Assembly (NCBI GenBank): GCA_951804945.1
Contig: OX638154.1
Coordinates: 50,220,001-50,284,000 of the forward strand
Reading direction: 5' to 3'
DNA length: 64,000 nucleotides
Origin: Podarcis cretensis
Taxonomy: Eukaryota
Positions 29,001-40,980 of the stretch are shown here, one piece after another. Position numbers and translations under genes: made by a program. The notes under the pieces were generated by a model, which worked only from the letters and a program-made list of their open reading frames with translations, made no database searches and was not told the origin of the DNA. Position 1 is the stretch's first letter; each line of letters begins with the position of its first letter.

Positions 29001-32000
29001 GTATATATTTTTACAGCTTGTGAATGATCAGATGCCAGATTCATTCTGGTATTCATCCAATTTTTATCTGATTCCATAGAAAGCCCTAGAGTTTAGGACT
29101 GGAGTATTAAGGCAGTAGGGTAACACTGCAAGTTCTTTTCACCTACCTTTCCAGTATCTGATTAAGAAATGCTATCTTTCTGGTAATGGAAATAAAACAA
29201 GTAATCTAGAATAATTTGATTTTTAATTATTCATTTACAATAATTGTAATAATGTTATTAATGATACTATATTATAATACTTTGTAGTGCCAAACAAGAA
29301 TCACTTACTTTTGAGGATGGTGTTGTTGTTCTTGCAGCTAAAAACTAAACACGGATCAATAGAAAGATTAGTATATACTGGACTCAGATGAATGCCTCTC
29401 TAGCCCACTCCTTTGATCTCGGTAGGATCAAAAATGTTCCTACTCAGTTATCTAAAAAAAAGGAACACAAAGTTGTTATAGAATGTCTAGTAATTTGGTT
29501 CTATGGAGCAGATGCTTCTCTCGTAGTTGAATTCAGTCCAGTTTGTAAGATCTTATAGCAACTGTTTTGGGCAGCTGCTGTTGGATATGTAAAGGAATTA
29601 GAGCATGTGCAGAGTGGTGCCTAGCTGCAGAGAAAGACCACAGGATATGCAAACTGTACGCTGCTGTTTTCATGTTATAATCTTAATGTGTAAAAAAAGC
29701 CTTTGATCCCAGATTGTAGGCAGCAAGAGCTAAGTTGATGTTGCTTCTTTTCTCTCAGCAACAGTGCTGCCTGCAGCAGTGCTGTGAGGAAGCCTGCCAT
29801 CTCCCTGGCTGACAGCACCGATCTGAGGTGAGGAATATTGGCATATAGGCCACAGGTGTGATGAGATTTCCCTGTGAAGGACTCATGAGTTTAAAAGAAT
29901 GCTTTGCTTTCCTTTCCTCCGCAGCCTTTCCTCTATTTGCATATTCTCTTGTGTTTTTTTGAATCATGGCATTTAGAGGTGGAAAGGACCTTTTACACCA
30001 TATAGTGCAACTACAGCATAGCCTTCCAGCAGGCGTGGTAATATTTTTTCAGCCTGAGGGTCACATGCCAATAGTGGACAGGACAGAGGAAAAAGTGGGC
30101 AGAGCAACTAATGTGAATTTGTATACCTTTGTATACCAGGCAGTTTCTTCACACACATCCCTCTGTCTTCCATCCAGGCAAGCAAGAAGCATGATCAGAG
30201 TTCAAGGGACATATTCCAGCTAGGCAAAACACTTAAGGAGAGGCCAGATGAGGGGTATGGCTAAGGAAGAGACTTGAGTACCTGACAGAGAGGCCTGAGA
30301 AACTGCATGTGGCCTCAGGACTGAGGTTGCCCATCCCTGCTTTCAGTATCTACTTGAATTCTTCTCTGACATTTGTGCAAGAATGAGATTTATAGATTTG
30401 ATGCAGCATACTGTTGTGCCTTAAGTTGTCTGCATTGATCTAATGGACTTGGGTGTGTGTATGAAAAGATAGGTAACCAAACCCAACACAGCTTTGAATA
30501 GAGTATGTTAGGAAGAAACACTGTGTACAGTGGTACCTCGGGTTACATATGCTTCAGGTTACATACGCTTCAGGTTACAGACTCCGCTAACCCAGAAATA
30601 GTGCTTCAGGTTAAGAACTTTGCTTCAGGATGACAACAGAAATCGTGCTCTGGTGGCGCGGCGGCAGCAGGAGCCCCCATTAGCTAAAGTGGTGCGTCAG
30701 GTTAAGAACAGTTTCAGGTTAAGAACGGACCTCCGGAACGAATTAAGTACTTAACCTGAGGTACCACTGTACTAGCTAACACTGTGTGCTAGTGGCGGTG
30801 CACAGTATAATCACCTCATCTGTAGTGAAACCTCTATAGCTGGAAAATGGCGAGTTCTTCCAGGAGATGCTTGTGGTTTATGTAAAGATACACCCACTAG
30901 AATGAGTACATTTTTTTTTTAGAAATACAGGTTGCTAAGCAACAGTCACCTTGGCAATATAGACTGGGAGCAGGAGGAAAATGCTGGCTTCTTTCAGTAA
31001 AACTTGTCATCTTCTTGTTGTGCCAAGCATATAATGTTGCTACTTCTGATGAAGCCGGGGGGGGGGGGGGATCACTTGTGCACACTTTGCTAGTCTAGCC
31101 CCCTCTCTCCTACTCCTGCAGTTTTGAATAAGCTGAGCCATATTGTCAGAGTTTGCCTTTCTAACCTGCTTGGTCTTTGCAATCCATTTTTGCAGGGTGC
31201 TGCTGAATATTATGTACCTTATCATAGAGACTGTCCGTCAGGAATGTGAAGGAGACAAGCCTGAGTGGAAGACCATGAGACAGACCTTTAGAGCAGAACT
31301 AGGTAAGGATTCTGTTGCTGCCCATTTTGTGTTTGTTAAGGCTGTTTTATAAGTCTCTTGATTTGAAGTAGGTATCAGTAAGCCAGTAAGGTGCAATTAC
31401 TTTGTTGCAAGAAAAACTGCCTAGCCAGGTGTAGAAAGGTGTCTTTTTTCATTTGAGCTAAATGGGCAGGATGTTTAGAACTAAACTGAAGCAGGGACAG
31501 TGTATACATAGACCAGAAGAAATACAGTGGTTATGGACAATATAACGGCTGTTATGTTGGACCTACTAGTGAATTGACGGCAGAGGATGGGGTTGGAATA
31601 TATACAGCTGATGGGGTTGGAATATATACAGCTAGAACTGAGGCATCTGCATGTAACAAGGCCATCGCCAATGTATTGCCTTTCAGGGGCACCTCTGTAT
31701 AACAATGAACCATTTTCTGTGATGCTCTTTGGAATGGTGACCAAATTTTGCAGTGGCCATGCCCCACACTTCCCTATGAAGAAGGTGTTGCTGTTGCTCT
31801 GGAAGACTGTCCTGGTAAGAGGTTGTTGCCTATGAATAATTGGTCTTTTAACAGATTGCTTCTTTTGCTGTAACTAAAAACTCTGTCCCCTTGGGATATA
31901 ACCAGGATTATACAAAGTGATGTGGTGCTGCTGTTTTAATTTCTTGACTGAGATCAGTTCAGAGACAAGCATGCTTAGCATTTAAGCTGTAGGATGTGCA

Positions 32001-35000
32001 TAGGTCCGGAGTCCTTTTTATTATTAAAAGCTCTATTGTAGCTAACCATGAACAGTGCTGGGTTGAAGCAGGATCTTAGATAGTGACTTGGGAAAAAAAT
32101 CCCTTGCTGATCTTTTCCATCACTGTTGACAAAACAGACACACAGGAGAGCTGCTCTGTAATTTGTTGGGCTTATTCAACTCCTTTCATATATGTCCTGA
32201 TAATGCCATTTGGCACATCCCTGTAGCAGTGCTGCTGGTTTCTTATGCTGGCTGCTAGCTGAGTCTGGCTATCCTCAGGGCTTTTCGATTGCTTGAAAAT
32301 AACAGATGGCATCATGGATCCAAGCCTGAGCAAATCAAGCTGCCATTGACACATTGGAAGGAAAATCATTATTAATGTGAAATGAGGCTTCTGGGTTGTT
32401 TTGTTTAAATTAACAAATTTATAGATATTTTGAAACTCGGAAGAAAGAGATGAATATTTTCTTGCTAACTAAAGTATCTTAGGAAGAGGTTCAGTTTACA
32501 TGGGAATCCTAGGATTGACAAAGAAGCACACTTGCTGGCCTAAATTTGAAAACCAGGCAGTCCATAATTTTATTTAATTATGAAATGTTATCCCACCACA
32601 CCAAAATGTTTTAATTTTTCATATTTAAATAAACGATTTCTGGATATTGACTAGAAAAAGTATCCCAGGTTAGTTAATAAAGGGACTTGCAGTGCACTAA
32701 TGCATAATCTTTTTAAAAAGAGCACAGAAATAAAAGAAGTTATTTTAGTTGGTGACATAATGAAACTCGTACTGCATACATTTGGCTTGCTTTTTCTTTT
32801 TCTTTTTGAACTGCTGAAATGTATAGTTTAAAGACGGTGGTGCTACAACTAGGATGCTATAATATAATCCATTTGTGGATGATAAGGACATATTTTTCAG
32901 CTGTTTAAGACTAAATGATCATGAAATCAATAAAGTGCAATGTTGTTGCTAGTTTTCAAAGGACCTACTTCTCTGATCAGTACAATGTGGTCCAGCTGCC
33001 ACTCAGCTAAACACACCTGGCCTACCTGGCTTTTCCAGAGTTCTTGGTGTTTCTCTGGCTGTTTGGTCTGCCGAGTAAAGAGCATAATAGTACAGATACC
33101 ACAGACAGGTATCATATGCTACTGTTTAACCTAAGGTGGTCTTTCCCTGTCAGTGAGTGGATGAGAACTGCCCGGAAGTCGCATGTAAGCCCCTCTGAAC
33201 TTCTTGAAGAAAGAGAAGGATATGTTAAATACAGTGGTACCTTGGTTTGTGAATGTAATCCATTCCAGAAGACCGTTCGAGTTCTGAAACGTTCAAAAAT
33301 CGAAAACTCAATAGCCAACAGCTAGGCCTCAGGATCTTGCACTCAGCAGAAGCCGCATGGCATGTTCGACTTCCAAGGCATGTTGGAAAACCAAAATGTT
33401 CATCAACGGAGATGTTCAAAAGCCGAGATACCACCGTATGTGTGTTTGCTAGGAATGTGGAGCTCTCAGCTTCATGTGCGATTGTCTTTAGCTTCATTTG
33501 TTTGAAAGTTAGCTGTGAAAATGTGTCATATGAGCACAAAGACAGGTTTAAAATGCTATGTTCTTTGGTCTCTGCTATGCCTTCCCATTTACACAAATGG
33601 TTCTTTGAAGAATGATGGTCATTCCTATAACTGCAGCAAATCCTCCGTCTTGGTTTACCTTTAACAAATTGGGTTTTGAAGGATTTATGAGTGACCAAAA
33701 AGATAATGGAAGTGAATGACCTGCAATTATCCTCTTGCCGTAGTGTACCCTTGGAGGATTTGAGGAACTCCAGGATATGAAAGCAGAGAAAAGGGAGATG
33801 TTGGGGCTCCCCCCACTTCCTGAGGATAGCATAAAAGTGATTCGCAACATGAGGGCTGCCTCCCCTCCAGCATCTGCTTCTGATTTGATTGAGCAGCAGC
33901 AAAAACGGGGTCGTCGAGAGCACAAGGTAAGTCAGGGTACAATCTGGGTGGGACGTAATCTTCTTTTGTTTAGGAAGACACTGAACTTAAGGAGAAGGCA
34001 GGCTATAACATCATTTGCTGTGTGTGTATTCTTCCAGGCTCTTATTAAACAGGATAACTTAGATGCCTTCAATGAGCGAGATCCCTACAAAGCTGATGAC
34101 TCCCGGGAAGAAGAGGAGGAGAATGATGATGACAATAGTCTTGAGGGAGAGACATTCCCTCTTGAAAGAGATGAAGTGATGCCCCCTCCTATCCAGCACC
34201 CACCGACTGACCGACTGACTTGCCCAAAAGGTTTGCCTTGGGCACCCAAGGTCAGGTGAGCACCTATACAGGATTGTTGTATTTAAAGAAAATCCCAGAA
34301 CTGGAAGGCTCTCATCTTCAGCCTCAAACCAGTGCTCAACTACTTGGTTAGTGCGCCTAATAGATTACTGAATGTGATAACTATAATGAAATACGTGCTC
34401 TGGCTTCTCTCATTGACGTTGTGATGATGTTTGGGAGCCTTGATGTCTTTGAGGATGCTTGAGATCAGAAGAGCCATTCTCATTTTTGTGTGTCTAGCAT
34501 AGAAAGGAAATTCATCTCTCCAGGGCTTTGTGGTGAATGAAATATGCAATAATCTTGAGGAGCCCTAAAGTTCTGTCTGAATTTGATTCTCTTCTTTTTC
34601 CTTCAGAGAAAAAGACATTGAGATGTTTCTGGAATCAAGTCGGAGCAAATTCATTGGCTACACCTTGGGAAGGTGAGTTAATGGAGCCCCAAATTTGTTG
34701 CCTTTTGTGCTTAGCTTGTTTGTAGGGGATCTCTTCTTACTATGCAGTTAATGTGTTGGGTAACTGGCAGCATAGACTTTTTCCTGAAAAAAGTAAAGAC
34801 ATCAAGCTGTTCAGGCTTTGTTATTTTTTTTAAGCATTCACATAATTGTTTCTCATCCTGTGTTAAGCCACTACTGTGATACTGTTCGGACACTGAGTTT
34901 CTGCTGCCCATCTTGTCAGCTCCTGAAATCTCAGGAGGTCTGTGCATGCAATCATACATGCATCTCAAAACTATAAATGCAGCTATAATGCAAAACTATA

Positions 35001-38000
35001 AATGCAGCTGTAATGCAATCATACATGCATTTCAAAATTATAAATGCAGCTATAATGTTTTATGGTACAGTGGTGCCCCGCAAGACGAATGCCTCGTAAG
35101 ACGAAAAACCCGCTAGACGAAAGGGTTTTCCGTTTTTCGAGGCACTTCGCAAGACGAATTTCCCTATGGGCTTGCTTCACAAGACGAAAATGTCTTGCGA
35201 GTCTTGCGAGTTTTTTCCCTCCCCCCCCCCTTTTTCTAAGCCGCTAATAGCTGCTAAGCCGCTAAGCCACTAATAGCCGCTAAGCCACTAATAGGGATGC
35301 TTCGCAAGACGAAAAAACCGCTAGACGAAGAGACTCGCGGAACGGATTATTTTTGTCTTGCGAGGCACCACTGTATTGTGCTGTAATTTGAGTAACCAAA
35401 AGGACTAAAATACTTAAACAACAAAAATAAAGTGTGCTGGTATACACAAACACACACGCAATATTGCTATGGACAGATGAAGAATAGGACCAGGAAAGGA
35501 CTTAGGACACCCACCATGTGTAGAGTTGCTAAATAAATTAGCACATCAAGTGGTAACAGACATTTTCCAGGCTTTCGGCTGGTACAACTAAAAGCTTAAT
35601 AGGAATGGTGAAAACCTGCTACACTAAGTCACAAAACCATATTGCAGAAGGTACATATGAACTACAGATTGAATCCAGATAACCAAACTTTTTCCAAGTC
35701 TAAGAAATAATAATTCTTTCTTTATTATGTATTAGTGCTTCATTTTAATAGGAAAACAAATCTTACGTTTTAGATAAATCCAATTAGATCCTCCTATTTA
35801 TTTCAGGTTCTGTTCCTGATGCATAACTAATTACACAAAGTGAACATTCTTAAAAATCTAGCATGCTTTTATATTTTAAAGTTGAGAGGAAGGTTCCTAT
35901 AATTTCCAAGCATTCCTGTTTTTCAGGTTGCTAGTAGCCTGAGAGAATCATATCTGAACTTACTAATGAACAATTTTTATTGGCTCAATAGGAGCAGGAA
36001 GCTCTTGCACAAATGAAAGAGATTTTTTTCTTAGACAATTTATCAGGACATGCCTAGCAGGTATTGTAAGCTGCCCTGTGATCCTCAGATGACGGGTGGT
36101 ATAGAAATTTAATAAAAACATAAAATAAAAAGGTGCTGTTTGACAGCATTACAGAGAGAAGAGTGAAATCCCTTAATCAGACTGACTAGCTTTCTGTTCA
36201 CAATTTTACCAAAATAGCTCATTTGTATCACTTATGATATTTACTGGCTGACTGGTTTTGCTTTCACCCCCTCTAGTGACACTAACACAGTCGTGGGGCT
36301 GCCTAGACCCATTCATGAGAGCATCAAAACACTTAAGTTGGTGAGTACTCACTGGGTGAACTTCTTAATTTGCATGTGTAGAAGACATCTCATCTAATTG
36401 GTTACTGCTTGTCCAGGCTAGGAAATATATCCTAAGCAGGAAAAGTGCTTGAATTTATGGTGCTGCCAAGATGATGAGGTTAACTTTCTCTGCCCGGTCT
36501 CTTTATAGCACAAATATACATCTATTGCTGAGATTCAAGTACAAATGGAAGAAGAGTATCTGCGTTCTCCCTTGTCAGGGGTAAGTATCATAGGGCAAAT
36601 GTTCAAAAGGGGGAAGACGTGGTTTAGAAAGCATGTGCATGAAGAAGTGGAAGGAGAAAAGTGTGAATCTCTAATTTGGAACTGGACATTTGGCTGATCT
36701 TTGCTATCTGCATATGCTGTGAGTTGGTCAAAGAGTTGATCCCTCCTGATTCCTAACCTGCAAATCAGATTATTGGCTTTGGATCATGAGAACTCTGCCC
36801 ATGAAGACACTCTTATTGGAAAGAGAGACTTAGGATCCAACCCTTATGTGGTATGATGCTGTGCAGCTGCCTCTGGAAGGAGTTCTTTATTAAGGAAAGT
36901 TTTGCTGAGTTTCTGGATGAATGCTCTTAATATTCCGACTAACTTAGCATGCACTTGAGGTTGGAATGAATGATGCTATTATCTCCTTGTGTTAATAAAG
37001 GGGGAAGAGGAGGTTGAACAAGTTCCTGCAGAAATCTTGTACCAGGGTCTACTTCCTAGCCTGCCACAGTACATGGTGAGTTACCGTTTCCTCCTAATGT
37101 TCATTCCCAAAGCTTCAGCACACCCTTTTCCCATTTCTTAAACTCTAGACTCGGTTTGCATTTCACTGCTGGCTTATGCAAACTCCCATTCTGATATATA
37201 TCTTCTTTGCTTGCCAGTATGTGACAAGCTATTTCTTTCGATGTTTCATGTTCATCTCTTCCCATTATCTGTGTTTTTGAGTTTCCTTCTCCTCTTTCCT
37301 GTTCTTTGGCACTTCTGAAAGCCTTCTTTGCTTCACTCAACTTTCACCCACAGATTGCCTTGCTGAAGATCCTGCTGGCTGCAGCACCCACCTCCAAGGC
37401 CAAGACCGATTCCATTAACATCCTAGCAGATGTTTTGCCAGAGGAGATGCCGTGAGTCTTATTCTTAGAGGGAAAGCATATGGTGAATGAAGGGCAAAGG
37501 CAATGAATGGATGTTTACTTGACATTCAGTGGTTGGGCGTTAAGTGGGCAGGCTGACATTTATTTGTATATTTAGACATTCCTTTCCTGCTGTTCTTTAT
37601 TAAAAAAATTCAAATGCTTTTCATATGATGGAACATTTGATTGTCTTGAACCTTGCAAAATGATGTGTGCAGCCTAGAATTAAGAGATCTGGTAGCAGAG
37701 AAAAGAAGTGTTTAGACTGAACCTGGAAAGCTGTTTTAAAATGGGTCTTCTTAGAAATAGCAGGCCCCTTAAGTATGGAGAGGGATGTTAAGTTAGCAAT
37801 CTCTTGAGAAGCTTCAAGGCAGCTTAAGTGGTGATGCTCGTGCTTCAATAGAAGACCTTTTTTTCCTGAATTTGAATGTGTCATTAATACATGCACAGTA
37901 CATCTCCATGTCTGGAGCAACAAAGATTTCATAAGGTAAATAGGTTCTGCCACATAGCATACATGGGTTCAAGGCAGTACTTTTTTCTTTTAAACTTTTG

Positions 38001-40980
38001 TTCTGCACAGTACACCCTGAAGTGCTTATGTTGGCAAATGGAGCCACACAGCTTGTTGAATTCTTCATTTTATTGACATATTAAACAGAGTCAGGAAGGG
38101 CTTGGAGAAAAGTATTGAGGAGTTGCCATCTCTTCCTTGATCACCCATATATTAACTAAAATTAAAGCAACCTTCTTCACTGGCCTATAGAAAAGAGAGA
38201 CCATAAAGTGCTACTTAAAGGAGAATTGCCCTAAAATATAAATAATAGCATTAAGCACAGACAGATCTGCCCTACCACAGTCACCATCACAGGCCGTCGA
38301 AGCTAATACTGCTGCTTTGCCTTCCAGAACAACTGTGTTGCAGAGTATGAAACTAGGCGTTGATGTGAATAGGCACAAAGAAATAATTGTAAAGGCCATT
38401 TCTGCTGTTCTGCTTCTACTGCTTAAGCATTTTAAGCTAAACCATGTCTATCAGGTAAGCATGAAATGGCATGAGCAATCAGCATTGGAATTGGAAGAGA
38501 GATTGAAGTGAATCTGGAATTTGCTTGGCTAACCATTCTTATCACATCTGTTTCCTGCTCCAGTTCGAATACATGGCCCAGCACCTAGTGTTTGCCAACT
38601 GCATCCCCCTTATACTGAAATTCTTCAATCAAAACATCATGTCATATATCACTGCCAAGAACAGGTAGGTGGAATATCTCTAGCACACCTGTATCCCAAA
38701 ATGCTATGACAGGAAATGTGACACACTATCTTTGCAGTGGGACACCTAGATGGTATCCGGATGGGATATCTAAGAATAACTAGTTATCCTCCACAATTTT
38801 AACTGGCAGAAAGGAAGATGTTTCATCCCACTGATAAACAAAAACCTGCTGAGAAATCATTCATCTCCACCAACACTACTACTTGTCTGTTAAATGGATA
38901 GCTTTAAAATGTACTTCATGTAGATCCCATGGCAATGAGTGTTACTGAACTCAACAGACACCATTGCCCTAGTGGACTTAAACATTACTAAGCAGTTGGT
39001 TGATCTGCTTATTTTTCTTGGCAGTAGGTAAGTATCTGGGATAGGCAGATATGGAAAGATGTGCATGCATGAAGCCTCTTGGTCGTTGCCAACTGAATAG
39101 CAGCAGGTGGAGATGATGTCACAATCATTTTTCTCATATGTTTGAACCTGGCAGGGGCAACCATTTTGGACACGGTATATTTGACTAGATAGGTCATCCA
39201 TTCTGATCCATTTGGGGTGTTTTGTGTTTTTTAGCATCTCTGTTTTGGATTACCCATACTGTGTGGTGCATGAGCTGCCTGAGCTGACTGCAGAGAGTCT
39301 GGTGAGCTAAACTACCTGGACAGAAACATATATAGCTGAGGGATGGAGATGGCATTGTCAATAAGGGGCAATTTCTCACTTTCCTTACTTGGTAATATTT
39401 CCTTTGTTTTGCTTTTTTTCCTATAGGAAGCTGGAGACAACAATCAGTTTTGCTGGCGAAACCTGTTTTCCTGCATTAATCTACTTAGGATACTGAATAA
39501 ATTAACAAAGTGGAAGCACTCAAGGACTATGGTGAGTAGAAGGGCCTCCTCTTCATAGTGCTGTGAAGGCTTTATTGAGCATGTACCATCCTTTTGGCCT
39601 TAAGCAAATGGATGGTGACCAAGGCACAGGTGAAGTCTTAGAAAACTGAGAGTGTTCCTTTGCTTTCTCAGATGTTGGTGGTATTCAAGTCTGCACCCAT
39701 TCTGAAACGAGCCCTCAAAGTGAAGCAAGCCATGATGCAGCTTTACGTTTTGAAGCTTCTCAAAGTGCAGACCAAGTATTTGGGGCGACAGTGGAGGAAG
39801 AGCAACATGAAGACCATGTCAGCAATCTACCAGAAAGTGCGGCACCGGCTCAATGATGACTGGGCTTATGGCAATGGTATGTCCTGGATCTGTCTCTCCT
39901 CTTTCCACCCACTCCAAGTCTTTCATAAGCCTTTAACTGCTATGCCAAGCCAGTTCCCTTAACTCACCCATCTGCCTTCCTGTTAACAGATCCCATCAGA
40001 AATTGCTAGGAGCGCATGGTGATGGCTCCGCTTATCCTAAACAGAGCAAGCTGAGGAATGTGCTTCCCCACCTCTAAATTGATGTTGCTTGTTAGACAGT
40101 GTGGTACAGTAACTATAGTGTTGAACTTGGACCTCATAAATACATGTTCAGGTCCTTGCTATGAACCATACAGTGTAGTCTTGGACAAGTCACTGGGTCT
40201 CAGCCTTAAACCTATTTTCTACAGTGGAACCTCAGTTTTTGAGCATCTTGGAAGCTGAATGATTTGGAACACAAACACAGAAAACCTGGAAGTGATTGAT
40301 TCTGTTTTCAAATGCACCTTGGAAGTTGAACTGCTTTCTGCTGCATGTTTTTCCATTTTTTCAATGGATTTTGCTGACCGCCCATTGATATTCAGTTTTT
40401 GAACATTTTGGAAGTCAAACAGTCTTCTGAAACGGATTACGTTCGAAAACCGAGGTTCCATTGTACTAGAGTGACCATAAAGGACAAGATAGAGTCACTC
40501 CATACTTCTTCATAGAAGGTTAGAATAGAAATGTGAGATATTATTGATGTCTGTGTCTGCTGGGAAGTCCCTTTGCATCTCATCCCTAGAAGTTGTATTT
40601 CTTAAAGATCTGCCAAATGGGATGACATAATGCTGGACTGCCTGTATAACATTGTATGGCGTTTTCATTGTGGGGGTATGACTGGAGCTCTTCTGCTCCT
40701 TTAGCTGATTGTTTGCTTCATGACTTTTGCAGATCTGGATGCCCGTCCTTGGGACTTCCAGGCTGAGGAGTGTGCTCTGCGTGCCAGCATAGAGCGTTTC
40801 AATTCTCGCCGTTACGACCGGGCACATAACAATCCTGATTTTCTACCTGTGGATAACTGTTTGCAGAGTGTTCTGGGCCAGCGCGTAGAACTGCCTGAAG
40901 ATTTCCAAATGAATTATGACTTGTGGCTGGAAAGGGAAGTTTTTTCTAGACCCATCTGTTGGGAAGAATTGCTCCAATGA
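23632..40980 (+). CDS. STRIP1: STRIP1 (striatin-interacting protein 1/FAM40A, STRIPAK subunit), complete, 21 exons, 826 aa
   Basis: 21 GT-AG exons sum to 2481 nt in frame, [20 protein letters not shown]...[10 protein letters not shown]; very close to human STRIP1 as recalled (exon 1 is 11 codons shorter and lacks the poly-Pro tract); syntenic with AHCYL1. Confidence 0.97.
24598..24667 (+). CDS. STRIP1: STRIP1 exon 2
   Basis: [23 protein letters not shown]; cag| and |gtaaac. Confidence 0.95.
25778..25852 (+). CDS. STRIP1: STRIP1 exon 3
   Basis: [25 protein letters not shown]; cag| and |gtaaga. Confidence 0.95.
26047..26440 (-). mobile_element. L2-clade LINE 3' end with (TAA)n microsatellite tail
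   Basis: (TTA)n at 26047-26086 followed by TTTGTATACC...CCCTTCATCCAAAGAT, the usual layout of a squamate L2-like 3' UTR on the minus strand. Confidence 0.6.
26788..26922 (+). CDS. STRIP1: STRIP1 exon 4
   Basis: [45 protein letters not shown]; cag| and |gtatac. Confidence 0.95.
27516..28405 (-). mobile_element. Decayed L2-clade LINE (end of RT ORF plus 3' UTR)
   Basis: Minus-strand peptide [28 protein letters not shown] resembles the L2/CR1 RT C-terminal motif; its 3' UTR is shared with 56520-57010. Confidence 0.75.
28796..28916 (+). CDS. STRIP1: STRIP1 exon 5
   Basis: [40 protein letters not shown]; cag| and |gtgagt. Confidence 0.95.
29759..29827 (+). CDS. STRIP1: STRIP1 exon 6
   Basis: [23 protein letters not shown]; cag| and |gtgagg. 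Confidence 0.95.
30030..30340. mobile_element. Old hAT (Charlie-like) non-autonomous element
   Basis: CAGGCGTGGTAATATTTTTTCAGCCTGAGGGTCACAT start and ATGTGGCCTCAGGACTGAGGTTGCCCATCCCTG end form degenerate TIRs. Confidence 0.5.
30528..30769. mobile_element. Tc1/mariner MITE, family A copy 3
   Basis: TA|CAGTGGTACCTCGGGTTA...TAACCTGAGGTACCACTG|TA; carries one extra 16-bp internal repeat unit. Confidence 0.85.
31196..31302 (+). CDS. STRIP1: STRIP1 exon 7
   Basis: [36 protein letters not shown]; cag| and |gtaagg. Confidence 0.95.
31586..31633. repeat. Perfect 24-bp tandem duplication
   Basis: GATGGGGTTGGAATATATACAGCT x2. Confidence 0.9.
31687..31814 (+). CDS. STRIP1: STRIP1 exon 8
   Basis: [43 protein letters not shown]; cag| and |gtaaga. 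Confidence 0.95.
33232..33436. mobile_element. Tc1/mariner MITE, family B
   Basis: TA|CAGTGGTACCTTGGTTT...AAGCCGAGATACCACCG|TA. Confidence 0.75.
33744..33926 (+). CDS. STRIP1: STRIP1 exon 9
   Basis: [31 protein letters not shown]...[11 protein letters not shown]; tag| and |gtaagt. Confidence 0.95.
34038..34255 (+). CDS. STRIP1: STRIP1 exon 10
   Basis: [21 protein letters not shown]...[10 protein letters not shown]; cag| and |gtgagc. Confidence 0.95.
34607..34672 (+). CDS. STRIP1: STRIP1 exon 11
   Basis: [22 protein letters not shown]; cag| and |gtgagt. Confidence 0.95.
34946..35058. repeat. Degenerate tandem repeat
   Basis: Recurring AAACTATAAATGCAGCTATAATG and ATGCAATCATACATGCAT units. 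Confidence 0.7.
35068..35373. mobile_element. Tc1/mariner MITE, family C (CpG-rich)
   Basis: TA|CAGTGGTGCCCCGCAAGAC...GTCTTGCGAGGCACCACTG|TA; multiple internal AAGACGAA motifs and GCCGCTAA repeats. Confidence 0.85.
36277..36340 (+). CDS. STRIP1: STRIP1 exon 12
   Basis: [22 protein letters not shown]; tag| and |gtgagt. Confidence 0.95.
36509..36580 (+). CDS. STRIP1: STRIP1 exon 13
   Basis: [24 protein letters not shown]; tag| and |gtaagt. Confidence 0.95.
37001..37075 (+). CDS. STRIP1: STRIP1 exon 14
   Basis: [25 protein letters not shown]; atypical acceptor gttaataaag|, donor |gtgagt. Confidence 0.93.
37354..37451 (+). CDS. STRIP1: STRIP1 exon 15
   Basis: [32 protein letters not shown]; cag| and |gtgagt. 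Confidence 0.95.
38328..38454 (+). CDS. STRIP1: STRIP1 exon 16
   Basis: [43 protein letters not shown]; cag| and |gtaagc. Confidence 0.95.
38564..38664 (+). CDS. STRIP1: STRIP1 exon 17
   Basis: [33 protein letters not shown]; cag| and |gtaggt. Confidence 0.95.
39235..39301 (+). CDS. STRIP1: STRIP1 exon 18
   Basis: [23 protein letters not shown]; tag| and |gtgagc. Confidence 0.95.
39427..39531 (+). CDS. STRIP1: STRIP1 exon 19
   Basis: [35 protein letters not shown]; tag| and |gtgagt. Confidence 0.95.
39672..39876 (+). CDS. STRIP1: STRIP1 exon 20
   Basis: [19 protein letters not shown]...[12 protein letters not shown]; cag| and |gtatgt. Confidence 0.95.
40222..40463. mobile_element. Tc1/mariner MITE related to family B, opposite orientation
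   Basis: TA|CAGTGGAACCTCAGTTTT...AAAACCGAGGTTCCATTG|TA; the reverse complement of its right end aligns with the left end of 33232. Confidence 0.75.
40733..40980 (+). CDS. STRIP1: STRIP1 exon 21 (terminal coding part)
   Basis: [29 protein letters not shown]...[13 protein letters not shown] (TGA). Confidence 0.95.

Noticed and set aside
33225-33923. 232-aa minus-strand ORF
   Set aside because: It spans antisense STRIP1 exon 9, intron sequence and a MITE, with no recognisable domain
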